In this document: positions 13,300 through 25,680 of the stretch, in pieces
Layout: every line of letters begins with the position of its first letter
Numbering within the stretch: the first letter of the stretch is position 1
Origin: Mobula hypostoma
Taxonomy: Eukaryota
Assembly (NCBI RefSeq): GCF_963921235.1
Contig: NC_086108.1
Coordinates: 18,786,001-18,850,000 of the forward strand
DNA: 64,000 bases
Reading direction: 5' to 3'
Made by a program: the position numbers and the translations under genes
The notes under the pieces: generated by a model
Told to the model about the DNA's origin: nothing
Seen by the model: only the letters and a program-made list of their open reading frames with translations
Database searches by the model: none

Positions 13300-13905
13300 G
13301 AGAGAAAATAGAACATTTCAACATGGTATGTGCCCTTCCACCCATTATATTGTGCCAACCCTTTTTACCTACCCCAAGGTCAATCTATCCTTTCCTCCCA
13401 CATAGTCTCCAATGATGTGCCTATCTGAGAGTCTCTTAAATGTCCCTAGTGTATCTGCCTCTACCACAACCCTTGGCAGTGAGATGCTTTAGCCTATCAC
13501 TCTCTGTGTATATAAAAAAAACTACCTCTGACCTCCCCCCAATTCTTTCCTCCAACCTTAAAATTATAACCACTCATATTAGTTATTTCCACCCTGGGAA
13601 AAAGTCTCTAGCTGTGCACTCTATTTATGCCTCTTATCATCTTGTACACCTTCATCAAGTCACCTCACCCTCCTTCACTCCAAAGAGAAAAACCCTAGCT
13701 CACTCATAAGACATGCTCTCTAATCCAGGCCGTGCCCTGGTAAACCTTCTCTGCTTCTACATCCATCCTTTAAAGAGGCTCTTGAATTCAATACCCCAAC
13801 TAATGAAGCCCAACACATGATACACACTTCTTAATCACCCCATCAACTTGCATGACAAATTTGAGGGAATGATGAGCCTGGACCCCAAGGTCCCTCCACA
13901 GTGCT
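13300..13905 (-). mobile_element. CR1 3' fragment
   Basis: Reverse CR1 tail (aaaatagaac...) and ORF2 C-terminal similarity. Confidence 0.8.
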
Positions 13906-14987
13906 ACAAAATGTTAAACAGAGAGATTGTCCCAAAAATTTGAACACTGTCTTTAGAAATGCAGCTTCGTTCAAATGCCTGTTTGCTCTTTCCCTGATAG
14001 CCGATTGCAGCTTAATCACATTCCTTGTCTAAATCCATTCATTTTCTGATAGCTAAAACTCTCTTTTTCCAGGGACACCTGCAAGATAAATGAATTGGGC
14101 TTACAGACCTGCTCATCAATGTACAGGAAGAGTTTGGGGCAGTGTCTATTTGAAAGACTGCAAAGACCTCTTCCCAGTGGCACTCCATTCCGAACTATCC
14201 AGTCCATCACTGCCCCAAATGCTGAAAGGGCCCAGCTCATTTGAATTCACTCCCCATTGAGGCAGGGGGAGTGTGCCTTCAGGAGCCATGTGCAAATTTT
14301 CTCAGTCTGCCAGGCTATTGAAGTTGTGGAACTTGCTTTAACTTAAATCTCTCCCCATCTGTTTTCCTCAATATCTTTTCTATTCTATGCTATTCAACTA
14401 ATCATCTACCTTCAGCAACCAACTTTCGTTACAGAGTACCGTCACCATTACTCTCACACTCACAGTGTCTTCTGCCTTTGTGTTTGCTGTGGATGTGTTT
14501 CTATCAACTGTGGTCAGGTCTGGTGTTCCTCTCTTAGGTTCTCTGTAATTATATGGTCACTGAGTACGCTTGGACCATGCTGTGTCTGTGGGAGCAACAA
14601 GAAAGGTCTTCAGGATTCTCAACCTGACATTGCCTGACCTCAGTAGGTGTCATCCTGAAAGATACATCTGGGGAAACCCTCTCCCTGAAATATCTCCACA
14701 CCAATTCCCAAACAATGCAAAACACAAATGATGGATACAAGTTAAACAGTACACGCTTAAAACCACAGAGTATGCATGCTGCAATTTGCCACTTGGAAAA
14801 GTGCGTCTAAACTCATGCGTGCTCTATTCCTTTGCATCTAACTGTTACACCGAGGTACACACACTCACAAATGCGTTTGCTAAAATACAGTTCCCAGATC
14901 AATCATACATGCCCCCACTGGTGTCCTGAACCTTCAATAACTACCCTTCACAACTGATGGCCCCATCTCACCAAATTAACAAAGTTT

Positions 14988-15432
14988 ACATAGAACATAG
15001 AGCATAGAAATCTACTCAACATCACAGGCCTTTCGGCCTACAATGTTGTGCCAACCATGTAACCTACTCTAGAGACTGCCTAGAATTTCCCTACAGCATA
15101 GCCTTCTATTTTTCTAAGCTCCGTGTACCTATCTAAGAGGCTCGTAAAAGACTCTATTGTATCCATTTCCATTTCCACCGCCGCCGCCGCCGGAGATGCG
15201 TTCCACACACTCACCACTCTCTGTGTGAAAAACCTACCCCTGACATCCCCTCAGTACCTATTTCCAAGCACCTTAAAACTATGCCCCCTCATGTTAGCCA
15301 TTTCAGCCCTGGGAAAAAAGCCTCTGGCTATCCACACAATGAATGCCCCTCATCATCTTATACACCTCTATCAGGTCACCCCTCGTCCTCCAAGGAGAAA
15401 AGGCCAAGTTCACTCAACCTATTCTCATAAGT
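14988..15432 (-). mobile_element. CR1 3' fragment
   Basis: (catagaa)n tail; reverse complement of 27650-28080-type sequence. Confidence 0.85.
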
Positions 15433-16129
15433 TACGTCCTCTTACATAAACACTCATGCAGGCACGCACACACTACTTTTATATCTACCAGTTCAGCTCT
15501 CTGTCGTGTTTATGATTCCTAGAGATCCCGTAAACACCAACCCAATCTGGTCCAAGTGTGAGTTTTAATTTTAAAAATACTTAGACTTAGCCTGCTGAGA
15601 TCACTGACCATACGATGGGTTGCAAGAAGGCATTGCACTCCTGACACCAGATTTTGTTGCATGAATTAAGTCACTGGAGGAAAGTCCTGGTAGATATGAA
15701 GCGGTCTCTTTATATCACAATATCACAAATAAGCTGACGCCTTTGGAGTCAGAAGAGACACAGAGAGAGGAGAGAAAGAGAGAGACACTTTTGGAGCAAG
15801 AGATCTGCCTAGCTGTACACTACATGATATTTTATATGCTAAAGATCAAAGGACAATTCCATATTTACAATGCTTTCTTTGAATTACATGTAACAGTTTC
15901 AAATGCCTGGATCTTCCCACCATCACACCTCTGTGTTCGCACCTATATTACAGAACAGAAATACACAGAAGTAGTGAATTTAAATCAGCATTGTCTGTTC
16001 TTCCAACTAAATTGGTTCACAGTTCTTAGGAACCCATTGTTCAGAGCTGAATTTTAGATTTAATCCACATTTCATATGTGAATCTGAAGACTAGTGGCTG
16101 AAATCAGTTAAAGTTATTGTGACATGTGC

Positions 16130-16626
16130 TAACCAAGCGAAAACAAGCGAAGAGGAAACGGTGTACTTGGTGCGCGTTTGTCCAGTTACAGAGTAGACAA
16201 ACTTAAAAGGAATTGCTCTTGGCTCTCATGCAGGAGGACTTAAAACTGAAAAAAACAAATACTGGAGCGTATGGAGGCAACCAACAGTATGACCGGTCTG
16301 ATGACGAACATTGAAAAACTGACTAACTCTGTTGCATTAATAAAGCACTTTGTTAAATGTACAAAGTATGTCTGCATCAGTGTTATCTTGCATTTCCATA
16401 CAATGTTACATTAGGCTGTAACACATCTATTGTCAGAGAAGTACTTACATAAAAAGGTAAACCACCTTCATACAAGCAAGGACAGAAAACAGGGCAAAGC
16501 GAGTATACTTATTTATTCAGTAAGCTATGGGTCAAAGTATTTGGTGAGTACATTTCTAACTCTTCTGGCTTCAGTCTCGTTGCCGTCTGTTCTGAAATTG
16601 TTAGGTTCCTGGCTCATGTTGTTCTG
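16130..16626. mobile_element. PIF/Harbinger internal relic with convergent ORF ends
   Basis: Minus 16626-16525 reads QNNMSQEPNNFRTDGNETEARRVRNVLTKYFDP*, like a Harbinger transposase C-terminus. Plus from about 16210 reads LLALMQEDLKLKK/QILERME...IEKLTNSVA (one frameshift), like a partner-ORF coiled coil. Confidence 0.55.
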
Positions 16627-18057
16627 TTGTTTAAAAAAGGATGGAAAAGTAATCCGGGAAATTATAGGCCGGTAAGTTTAACGTCGCTAGTAGGTAAGTT
16701 ATTGGAGGGAGGACTAAGAGACAGAATCTACAAGCATTTGGATAGACAGGGACTTATTAGGGAGAGTCAACATGGCTTTGTGCGTGGTAGGTCATGTTTG
16801 ACCAATCTATTGGAGTTTTTCGAGGAGGTTACCAGGAAAGTGGATGAAGGGGAGGCAGTGGATATTGTCTACACAGACTTCAGTAAGGCCTTTCACAAGG
16901 TCCCGCATGGGAAGTTAGTTAGGAAAATTTAGTCGCTAGGTATACATGGAGAGGTGGTAAATTGGATTAGACATTGGCTCAATGGAAGAAGCCAGAGAGT
17001 GGTGGTAGAGAATTGCTTCTCTGAGAGGAGGCCTGTGACTAGTGGTGTGCCACAGGGATCAGTGCTGGGTCCATTGTTATTTGTCATCTATATCAATGAT
17101 CTGGATGATAATGTGGTAAATTGGATCAGCAAATTTGCTGATGATACAAAGATTGGAGGTGTAGTAGACAGTGAGGAAGGTTTTCAGAGCCTGCAGAGGG
17201 ACTTGGACCAGCTGGAAAAATGGGCAGATAAATGGCAGATGGAGATTAATACTGACAAGTGTGAGGTATTGCACGTTGGAAGGACAAACCAAGGTAGAAC
17301 ACACAGGGTTAATGGTAAGGCACTGAGGAGTGCAGTGGAACAGAGGGATCTGGGAATACAGATACAAAATTCCCTGAAAGTGGCGTCACAGGTAGATAGG
17401 GTAGTAAAGAGAGCTTTTGGTACATTGGCCTTTATTAATCAAAATATTGAGTATAAGAGCTGGAATGTTATGATGAGGTTGTATAAGGCATTGGTGAGGC
17501 CGAATCTGGAGTATTGTGTTCCGTTTTGGTCACCAAATTACAGGAAGGATATAAATAAGGTTGAAAGAGTGCAGAGAAGGTTTACAAGGATGTTGCCGGG
17601 ACTTGAGAACTCAGTTACAGAGAAAGGTTGAATAGGTTGGGACTTTATTCCCTGGAGCGTAGAAGAATGAGGGGAGATTTGATAGAGGTATATAAAATTA
17701 TGATGGGTATAGATAGAGTGAATGCAAGCAGGCTTTTTCTACTGAGGCAAGGGGAGAAAAAAACCAGAGGACATGGGTTTAGGGTGAGGGGGGAAAAGTT
17801 TAAAGGGAACATTAGGGGGGCTTCTTCACACAGAGAGTGGTGGGAATATGGAATGAGCTACCAGACGAGGTGGTAAACGTGGGTTCTTTTTTAACAGTTA
17901 AGAATAAATTGGACAGGTACATGGATGGGAGGTGTATGGAGGGATATGGTCCGTGTGCAGGTCAGTGGGACTAGGCAGAAAATGGTTTGGCACAGCCAAG
18001 AAAGGCCAAAAGGCCTGTTTCTGTGCTGTAGTTTCTATGGTTTCTATGGTTTCTATG
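16627..18057 (+). mobile_element. Young 5'-truncated CR1 LINE (RT domain + 3' UTR)
   Basis: ORFs 16627-16932 and 16954-17631 ([18 protein letters not shown]); (TTTCTATGG)n tail. Confidence 0.97.
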
Positions 18058-18454
18058 ATCGGGAGAAGCCCTGCCCTTCATGACAATTTGACTGAGTTGG
18101 AAGCTCATGTACAGAAATTCACCAAATGGTCAGAAATTCACCAAATCATCGCATTTTAGGCACAGAAACAGGCTCCTCAGCCCACTGCTTCAAACCTTAA
18201 GCATTCGCTTCCACTTACCCTTTCACTTTTCCCTTAACTCCACCCTCTCCCACTCACCTACACACAAGGGCCAATTTACAGCAGCCAGTTAAGCTACTAG
18301 CCTGCACAACTGGAATTGTGGGACAGCTGTGCCTATGCACGGCCTTGCAGTCTACTGCTGTTTATTTCTACCCTGAAATCTCCCAAACCCCTACTTGATG
18401 TTTGATGTGGACTCAATGGACTAAAAATGAGACAGCTTTGTGAGTTCTTTTTAC

Positions 18455-19356
18455 TAGAGACCTTTACTCACTGGCAGAAATGGCTAATACAAGTGGGCAT
18501 AATTTTAAGGTGATTGGTGAAAAGTATAGGGGGATGCCAGAAGGATGTCATTCTTTATACAGATTGGTGGGTGTGTGGAATGCCCTGCCAAGGGTGGTGG
18601 TAGAGGTAGGTACATTAGGGGCATTTAAGAAACTCCTGAATTTATTAGCAAGGAGGTTATGCTGCAACTGTATAGGGTACTGGTGAGGCCACACCTCGAG
18701 TACGACATTCAGTTCTGATCTCCTTACTTGAGGAAGGATATACTGGCTTTGGAGGCGGTGCAGAGGAGGTTCACCAAGTTGATTCCAAAGACGAGGGGGT
18801 TAGACTATGAGGAGAGATTGAGTCGCCTGGGACTGTACTCGCTGGAATTCAGAAGAATGAGAGGAGATCTTATAGAAACATAAACAATTATGAAAGGGAT
18901 AGATAAGATAGAGGCAGGAAAGTTGGTTACACTGGTAGGTGAGATTAGAAATAGGGGACATAGCTTCAAGGTTCAGTGGAGTAGATTTAGGATGGCGATG
19001 AGGAGGAACTGTTTTCCCAGAGACTGGTGAATCTGTGGAATTCTCTGCCCAATGAAGCAGTGGAGGCTACCTCAGTAAATATATTTAAGACAAGATTGGA
19101 TAGATTTTTGCATAGTAGGGGAATTAAGGGTTATGGGGAAAAGGGAGGTAGGTGGAGATGAATCCAGGGTCAGCCATGATCTTATTAAATGGCATACCAG
19201 GCTCGACGGGCCAGATGGCCTACTCCTGCTCCTATTCCTTAAGTTTTTATGTTCTTAGATATGCAGATGGACGATAGAAAAATGGGCAGTTATATTGGAG
19301 GGACGGGATAGACATCATGGGCTGAAGGTCCTGTTCCTGATCTGTACTGTTCTATG
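18455..19356 (+). mobile_element. Two nested CR1 3' fragments
   Basis: The outer fragment breaks near 18638 (gaaactcctg) and resumes near 19255 (ttagatatgcagatgg) around an inner CR1 3' end. Confidence 0.8.
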
Positions 19357-20509
19357 AACTGACTTCAACTTGAAACTTTAAGGTGTTTCTCTTCCCACAG
19401 AAGTAGCCAGACCCACTGAGTAATTCCAGAGTTTTCCGTTTGAATCCCAGGAAACTGATTGCATTCTTGTTGGCAATAGGCACTAAACAATAGGAAAATA
19501 AGCAGATTGTTATCATTCACACCCTTAACTAGAAATAACACACCCTAACTCATTGCCTCTTGTAGAGGCAGACAGGTGAGTGGGGAAAGCTAAAGGGTTT
19601 TTTATATTGTAAACCAAAGGCCAGGAAATAGTTTGACAGTCTGTCTTCCACTGAGCCAAGCCTGCATGCATGGGTGTATATAAAGTGAGCTGTACCTGCA
19701 CCAGACTGCTGGGAATGCTTAACTTAGTGACAACTTACTACCACCACAACAGCATGCCTCACTATGGAGAGGAAAAATAGTCTTAGCAAAAACAGATATT
19801 ACATCTGACCATTTACTCAAGAACCAGGCACAGTTCCATCCTATCATCAAGTCAAGTTACAGTTGGGATTTTCCTCCAAGGCCTCATTCCAGGAGGCAGT
19901 GGGAGAGCACTGGATAATCCCTAACATTTTGACCTGGTGTCTTCCTGCACCAACAGCAGCACTAATCATTCCCTGGTAAAATTCAGTTAGTGGAAACCCA
20001 CTATTGCAATCATTAATCATTGCAACATACAGAGCTGTACTTTCATGGCTGGCAATTTCATTAATCAGTGCACAGGGAAGCACTCAGCTTCCTCACGTAG
20101 AGATATTTGCCAGTCGAATAATTCTCAGTCCCTGGGTTGGTTGAATGAACCATATTTCTCTATGCCAGATCCACTTAAGCAAAACATATTTCTTAACGCT
20201 GGGAATGTTTTAGCACAGGCTACATCTCAATGCTAGTTGAGTGCTGGGTAATGCAAAGCCCTGTTGGATTCCAGAAAGGCACCTCTGGAGCGTGCACACA
20301 TCCTGGCAGCAGATGCCATGTTTGTAAAGGGGTGTGATCATGTGTGCTCTGTCAGACAGGTCATGGCAGCAAACAGAAGCACCAGCACCATTTTGAAGCT
20401 TCCTGAAGTTGCCTGTGCCTTCCCATTGCTTCTGTTGAACGAAGGTGTTTACAAAGACATGGAGGAATTCTGGCCAGTGCTGCTTAGAAGTAATTGGTAA
20501 TTTGGTTAT

Positions 20510-20850
20510 TATTATTACGTGTACCAAGATGTCAGTGTGCCATCCAGACAGATCATTCCATGCATTGGGTTAGTAAAACAGGAAAACGTATAACAAAATA
20601 CAGAATATAATGTTGCAGTTACTGAGAAAGTACAGTGTAGGTGGACAAATAAAGTTCAAGAACCATGTCAAGGTAGACTGAGAGACTGAGGGCTCATCCT
20701 TATTATTCCATTCAACAGTGGGAAAGAAACTGTCCTTGAGCCTGGTGGTATGTGTTTTCACACTTGTATCTTCTGCCTAATGCATGAGGGGAGAAGAGAG
20801 AATAACCAGAGTGGACAAGGTCCTTGATCATATTGTCTGTTTTCCTAAGG
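20510..20850 (-). mobile_element. Rex1/Babar 3' end
   Basis: KTHTTRLKDSFFPT C-terminal motif (ORF 20570-20761). Confidence 0.75.
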
Positions 20851-20904
20851 CTCCAGCAGAATTCCAGATTCCAGTACCTACAGTTTCTTGTGTCTACAAT
20901 TTCT

Positions 20905-21810
20905 AAATTTGGGGATGATGCAAAAAAAAAGGAAAGTGATAGGGATGGGCAAATATATGCCAGCTGGAGTTTAATGTAGGGAAATTAATAGTGATGCATT
21001 TTGTTGGGAAGAATGAGCAGAGACAGGAGAGAATAAAGGAATGAGGAATTTGAGGTAACAGAGCAGGTTGGGAAAGTAGATAACAATGAATACACAATTC
21101 TGGGCTTTATCTATAGAAGCATAGAATATATAAAAGTGCAAGGAGCAATTATACTGTATACTGAACCTACATAAAGCACCGATTCAAACTCAGCTGGAAT
21201 ACTGAGTTCATTTTACAGGAAGGCTGTGAAGGCACCAGAGAGGGTCCAGAAAAGATTTATGAGAATGATTCCCAGGATGAAGAACTACATTTACAAGGGG
21301 AGGCCAGCTCTTTGTTCTTTGGAGAAGGCTGAAGGAAGATCTGGAGAAATTATCTAATATGTCAACAGTTCCCACAACCTATGGAGTCACTTTCAAGGAC
21401 TCTCCATCTCATGTTCTCAATATTTATTGTTTATATATGTATTATTATTATTTTGTATTTTTGTTTTTTATGTATTTGCACAATTTATTATCTTTTGCAT
21501 ATTGGTTATTGATCTGTCTTGTGTGCGGTTTTTCATTGATGCGATTGTGTTTCTTTTACCTACTGTGAATGCCCACAAGACAATGAATCTCAAGGTTGAC
21601 ATATATGTGTGTGTGTGTGTATATATATATATAGTGACATACTGTATATATACTTAGATAATAAATTTACTTTGAACTTTGAAGTTTGGGTTGGGGCATA
21701 GTGGATATGAGGAAATTGTTCCCTTTACTGAGGACCAGAAGTTACAGGTGTAACATAACAGCACAGAGAATTAAGAATAACAGGAGGAACAATACTTTTA
21801 GACAGTGAGT
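20905..21810 (+). mobile_element. Old CR1 relic interrupted by a Rex-type tail (about 21360-21682) containing (TG)n(TA)n
   Basis: cagctggagtttaatgtagggaaa and cagctggaatactgagttca CR1 motifs; the tail ends ataataaatttactttgaactttgaa. Confidence 0.65.
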
Positions 21811-23049
21811 GATTTGCAGCAAAAGCACAGTACATTAGAAGGCCAACACAGACAAAAGATAATATAAATTTAAATGAACATACTCAATATACAGTGGCAT
21901 GCAAAAGTTTGGGCACCCCAGTCCAAGTTTCTGTTATTGTGAATAGTTAAGTGAGTAGGAGATGAACTGATCTACAGAAGTCATAAAGTTAAAGATGAAG
22001 CATTCTTTTCAATATTTTAAGCAAGATTAGTGTATTATTTTTGTTTTATACAATTTTAGAGTGGAAAAAAGGAAAGGAGAACCATGCAAAAGTTTGGGCA
22101 CCCTAAGAGATTTGAGCTGTCAGATAACTTTTACCAAGGTCTCAGACCTTAATTAGCTTGTTAGGGCTATGGCTTGTTCACAGTCATCGTTAGGAAAGGC
22201 TGGGTGATGCAAATTTCAAAGCTTTATAAATACCCTGACTCCTCAAACATTGTCCCAACAATCAGCAGCCGTGGGCTCCTCTAAGCAGTTGCCTAACACT
22301 CTGAAAATTAAAATAAATGATGCCCACAAAGCAGGAGAAGACTATAAGAAGATAGCAAAGTGTTTTCAGGTAGCCGTTTCCTCAGTTCGTAACGTAATTA
22401 AGAAATTGCAGTTAACAGGAACGGTGGAGGTCAAGTTGAGGTCTGGAAGACCAAGAAAAATTTTTGAGAGATCCTACAATATCAGAGGATTTCTGGAAAG
22501 GCAAATCAAAATCCCCGTTTGACTGCATAAGACACTCAGGAAGATTTAGTAGACTCTGGAGTGGTAGTGCACTGTTCTACTGTGCAGTGACACCTGCACA
22601 AATATGACCTTCATGGAAGAGTCATCAGAAGAAAACCTTTCCTGCGTCCTCACCACAAAATTCAGTGTCAGAAGTTTGCACAGGAACAACTAAACAAGCC
22701 TGATGCATTTTGGAAACAAGTCCTGTGGACTGATGAAGTTAAAATAGAATTTTTTGGTGGCAATGAGCAAAGGTATGTTTGGAGAAAAAAGGGTGCAGAA
22801 TTTCATGAACAGAACACCTCTCCAACTGTTAAGCGCGAGGGTGGATCGATCATGCTTTGGGCTTGTGTTGCAGCCAGTGGCATGGGGAACATTTCACTGG
22901 TAGAGGGAAGAATGAATTCAATTAAATACCAGCAAATTCTGGAAGCAAACATCACACCGTCTGTAAAAAAGCTGAAGATGAAAAGAGCAACATACATCAA
23001 AGTTGCTGGTGAATGCAGCAGGCCAAGCAGCATCTATAGGAAGAGGCGC

Positions 23050-23085
23050 AGTCGACGTTTCAGGCCGAGACCCTTCGTCAGGACT
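23050..23085 (-). ncRNA. Minimal type I hammerhead ribozyme motif in the PLE terminal repeat
   Basis: AGUC-CUGACGA-AGG(GUCUCGG)CCU-GAAA-CGUC-GACU: intact core, palindromic ACGU at stem III, GUC cleavage triplet. Confidence 0.8.
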
Positions 23086-23378
23086 AACTGAAGGAAGAGT
23101 GAGTAAGGGATTTGAAAGCTGGAGGGGGAGGGGGAGATGCAAAATGATAGGAGAAGACAGGAGGGGGAGGGATAGAGCCGAGAGCTGGACAGGTGATAGG
23201 CAAAAGGGGATACGAGAGGATCATGGGACAGGAGGCCTAGGGAGAAAGACGGGGGGGGGTGACCCAGAGGATGGGCAAGAGGTATATTCAGAGGGACAGA
23301 GGGAGAAAAAGGAGAGTGAGAGAAAGAATGTGTGCATAAAAATGAGTAACAGATGGGGTACGAGGGGGAGGTGGGGCC

Positions 23379-24386
23379 TTAGCGGAAGTTAGAGAAGTCG
23401 ATGTTCATGCCATCAGGTTGGAGACTACCCAGACGGAATATAAGGTGTTGTTCCTCCAACCTGAGTGTGGCTTCATCTTTACAGTAGAGGAGGCCGTGGA
23501 TAGACATGTCAGAATGGGAATGGGATGTGGAATTAAAATGTGTGGCCACTGGGAGATCCTGCTTTCTCTGGCGGACAGAGCGTAGATGTTCAGCAAAGCG
23601 GTCTCCCAGTCTGCGTCGGGTCTCACCAATATATAAAAGGCCACATCGGGAGCACCGGACACAGTATATCACCCCAGTCGACTCACAGGTGAAGTGATGC
23701 CTCACCTGGAAGGACTGTTTGGGGCCCTGAATGGTGGTAAGGGAGGAAGTGTAAGGGCATGTGTAGCACTTGTTCCGCTTACACGGATAAGTGCCAGGAG
23801 GGAGATCAGTGGGGAGGGATGGGGGGGACGAATGGACAAGGGAGTTGTGTAGGGAGCGATCCCTGCGGAATGCAGAGAGAGGGGGGGAGGGAAAGAAGTG
23901 CTTAGTGGTGGGATCCCGTTGGAGGTGGCGGAAGTTACGGAGAATAATATGTTGGACCCGGAGGCTGATGGGGTGGTAGGTGAGGACCAGGGGAACCCTA
24001 TTCCTAGTGGGGTGGTGGGAGGATGGAGTGAGAGCAGATGTACGTGAAATGGAGGAGATGCGTTTAAGAGCAGAGTTGATAGTGGAGGAAGGGAAGCCCC
24101 TTTCTTTAAAAAATGAAGACATCTCCCTCGTCCTAGAATGAAAAGCCTCATCCTGAGAGCAGATGCGGCGGAGACGGAGGAATTGCGAGAAGGGGATGGC
24201 GTTTTTGCAAGAGACAGGGTGAGAAGAGGAATAGTCCAGATAGCTGTGAGAGTCAGTAGGCTTATAGTAGATATCAGTGGATAAGCTGTCTCCAGAGACA
24301 GAGACAGAAAGATCTAGAAAGGGGAGGGAGGTGTCGGAAATAGACCAGGTAAACTTGAGGGCAGGGTGAAAGTTGGAGGCAAAGAG
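23379..24386 (-). CDS. Partial PLE polyprotein (RT thumb + GIY-YIG endonuclease), 335 uninterrupted codons
   Basis: LKFT...LPFLDL...YYKPTDSHSYLDYSSSHP; GVIYCVRCSRCGLLYIGETRRRLGDRFAEH. Confidence 0.92.
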   Translation of the reverse strand, partial: LFASNFHPALKFTWSISDTSLPFLDLSVSVSGDSLSTDIYYKPTDSHSYLDYSSSHPVSCKNAIPFSQFLRLRRICSQDEAFHSRTREMSSFFKERGFPSSTINSALKRISSISRTSALTPSSHHPTRNRVPLVLTYHPISLRVQHIILRNFRHLQRDPTTKHFFPSPPLSAFRRDRSLHNSLVHSSPPSLPTDLPPGTYPCKRNKCYTCPYTSSLTTIQGPKQSFQVRHHFTCESTGVIYCVRCSRCGLLYIGETRRRLGDRFAEHLRSVRQRKQDLPVATHFNSTSHSHSDMSIHGLLYCKDEATLRLEEQHLIFRLGSLQPDGMNIDFSNFR

Positions 24387-24936
24387 GATGAAAAGAGGAT
24401 GGCTTCTACAACATGATAATGATCCTAAACACACATCAAAATCCACAATAGACTACCTCAAGAGGCGCAAGCTGAAGGTTTTGCCATGGGCCTCACAGTC
24501 CCCCGACCTAAACATCATTGAAAATCTGTGGATAGACCTCAAAAGAGCAGTGCATGCAAGACAGCCTAGGAATCTCACAGAACTGGAAGCCTTTTGCAAG
24601 GATGACTGGGCGAAAATCTCCCAAACAAGAATTGAAAGACTCTTCTCTGGCTACAGAAAGTGTTTACAAACTGTGATACTTGCCAAAGGGGGTATTACTA
24701 AATACTGATCATGCAGGATGCCCAAACTTTTGCTTCGGGCCCTTTTCCTTTTTTGTTATTTTGAAACTGTAAAAGATGGAAATAAAAAAGTAATCTTGCT
24801 TAAAATATTAAAGAAATATGTCTTCTTTAACTTTATGCCTTTTGGAAATCAGGTCATCTTTTACTCGCTTAACTATTCACAGTAACAGAAATTTTGACCA
24901 GGGGTGCCCAAACTTTTGCATGCCACTGTATATGTG

Positions 24937-25238
24937 TTGGTGCGTGGCCAAGTGGTTGAGGCATTCGTCTAGTGATTTGAAGGTCTTTAGTTCAAGCCTT
25001 GGCTGAGGCAACACGTGTGTCCTTGAGCAAGTCACTTAACCACACATTGCTCTGTGACGACACTGGTGCCAAGCTGTGTGGGTCCTAATGCCCTTCCCTT
25101 GGACCATATCAGTGAGTGGAGAGGGGAGACTTGCAGCATAGGCAACTGTTGGTCTTCCATACAACCTTGCCCAGGCCTGCGCCCTGGAAACCTTCCAAGG
25201 CTCAAATCCATGGTCTCATGAGACTAACGGATGCCTGT
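24937..25238 (+). mobile_element. tRNA-derived SINE with CORE-like segment and RTE-like 3' end
   Basis: A box TGGCCAAGTGG, B-box-like AGTTCAAGCC, ccttgagcaagtcacttaacc, and 3' ccatggtctcatgagactaacggatgcc. Confidence 0.7.
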
Positions 25239-25244
25239 AAATAT

Positions 25245-25680
25245 ATAACCACAAGAGATTTGGCAGTTTCTGGAAATCCAGAGTAACACACACAAAATGC
25301 TGGAGGAACTCAGCAGTATCTTTGGAGGGGCCTATTTCAGGTTGAACCCTTTCAACAGGACTGGAAAGCAAGGGAGAAAAAGCAGAATAAGATGGGGGAG
25401 GGGTGCTGGAAAGGAGTGCAAGCTGGAAAGTGTTATGTAAGGGGAAGATAGGTGAGTGGGGGTGAAGTGAGAGGCTAGGAGGTGATAGGTGAAAAGCTCA
25501 AGGGCTGAAGAAGAAGGAATCTGATAGGAGAGGAGAGTGGACCATGGGAGAAATGGAAGGAAAGGGGGTACCAGGAGGTAAGGAAAAGAGAATGGGTAAG
25601 AGGAAATCCAGAGTGCGGAATGGAGAAAGGGGGAAGGGAGGGGGGAGAAATTACTGAAGTTAGGAAAATCACTGTTCATG
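25245..25680 (-). mobile_element. Older PLE 3' fragment
   Basis: MNSDFPNF matches the PLE C-terminus MNIDFSNFR; same purine-rich UTR and terminal repeat. Confidence 0.75.

Larger units (their letters stand above)
22988..24386 (-). mobile_element. 5'-truncated Penelope-like retroelement
   Basis: 11-bp TSD GATGAAAAGAG (22977-22987 and 24387-24397); GIY-YIG ORF; terminal repeat with a hammerhead motif. Confidence 0.95.
22271..24708 (+). pseudogene. Tc1 DD34E transposase pseudogene
   Basis: WTDEVKIEFFG, LQHDNDPKH and SPDLNIIENLW with 34 aa between the second D and E. The likely start is GTG; it has a stop, a frameshift and a 1.4-kb insertion. Confidence 0.93.
21892..24928 (+). mobile_element. 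Full-length IR/DR-type Tc1 DNA transposon (interrupted by a PLE)
   Basis: TA|cagtggcatgcaaaagtttgggcaccc ... gggtgcccaaacttttgcatgccactg|TA; about 210-bp imperfect TIRs with inner direct repeats at about 22083 and 24717. Confidence 0.97.

Noticed and set aside
14016..14740. Short ORFs in unique-looking DNA
   Set aside because: No motifs or consistent splice phases.
24387..24446. N-terminus of the 355-aa ORF 23379-24446
   Set aside because: The first 20 codons are antisense Tc1 sequence outside the PLE TSD, not a real start.
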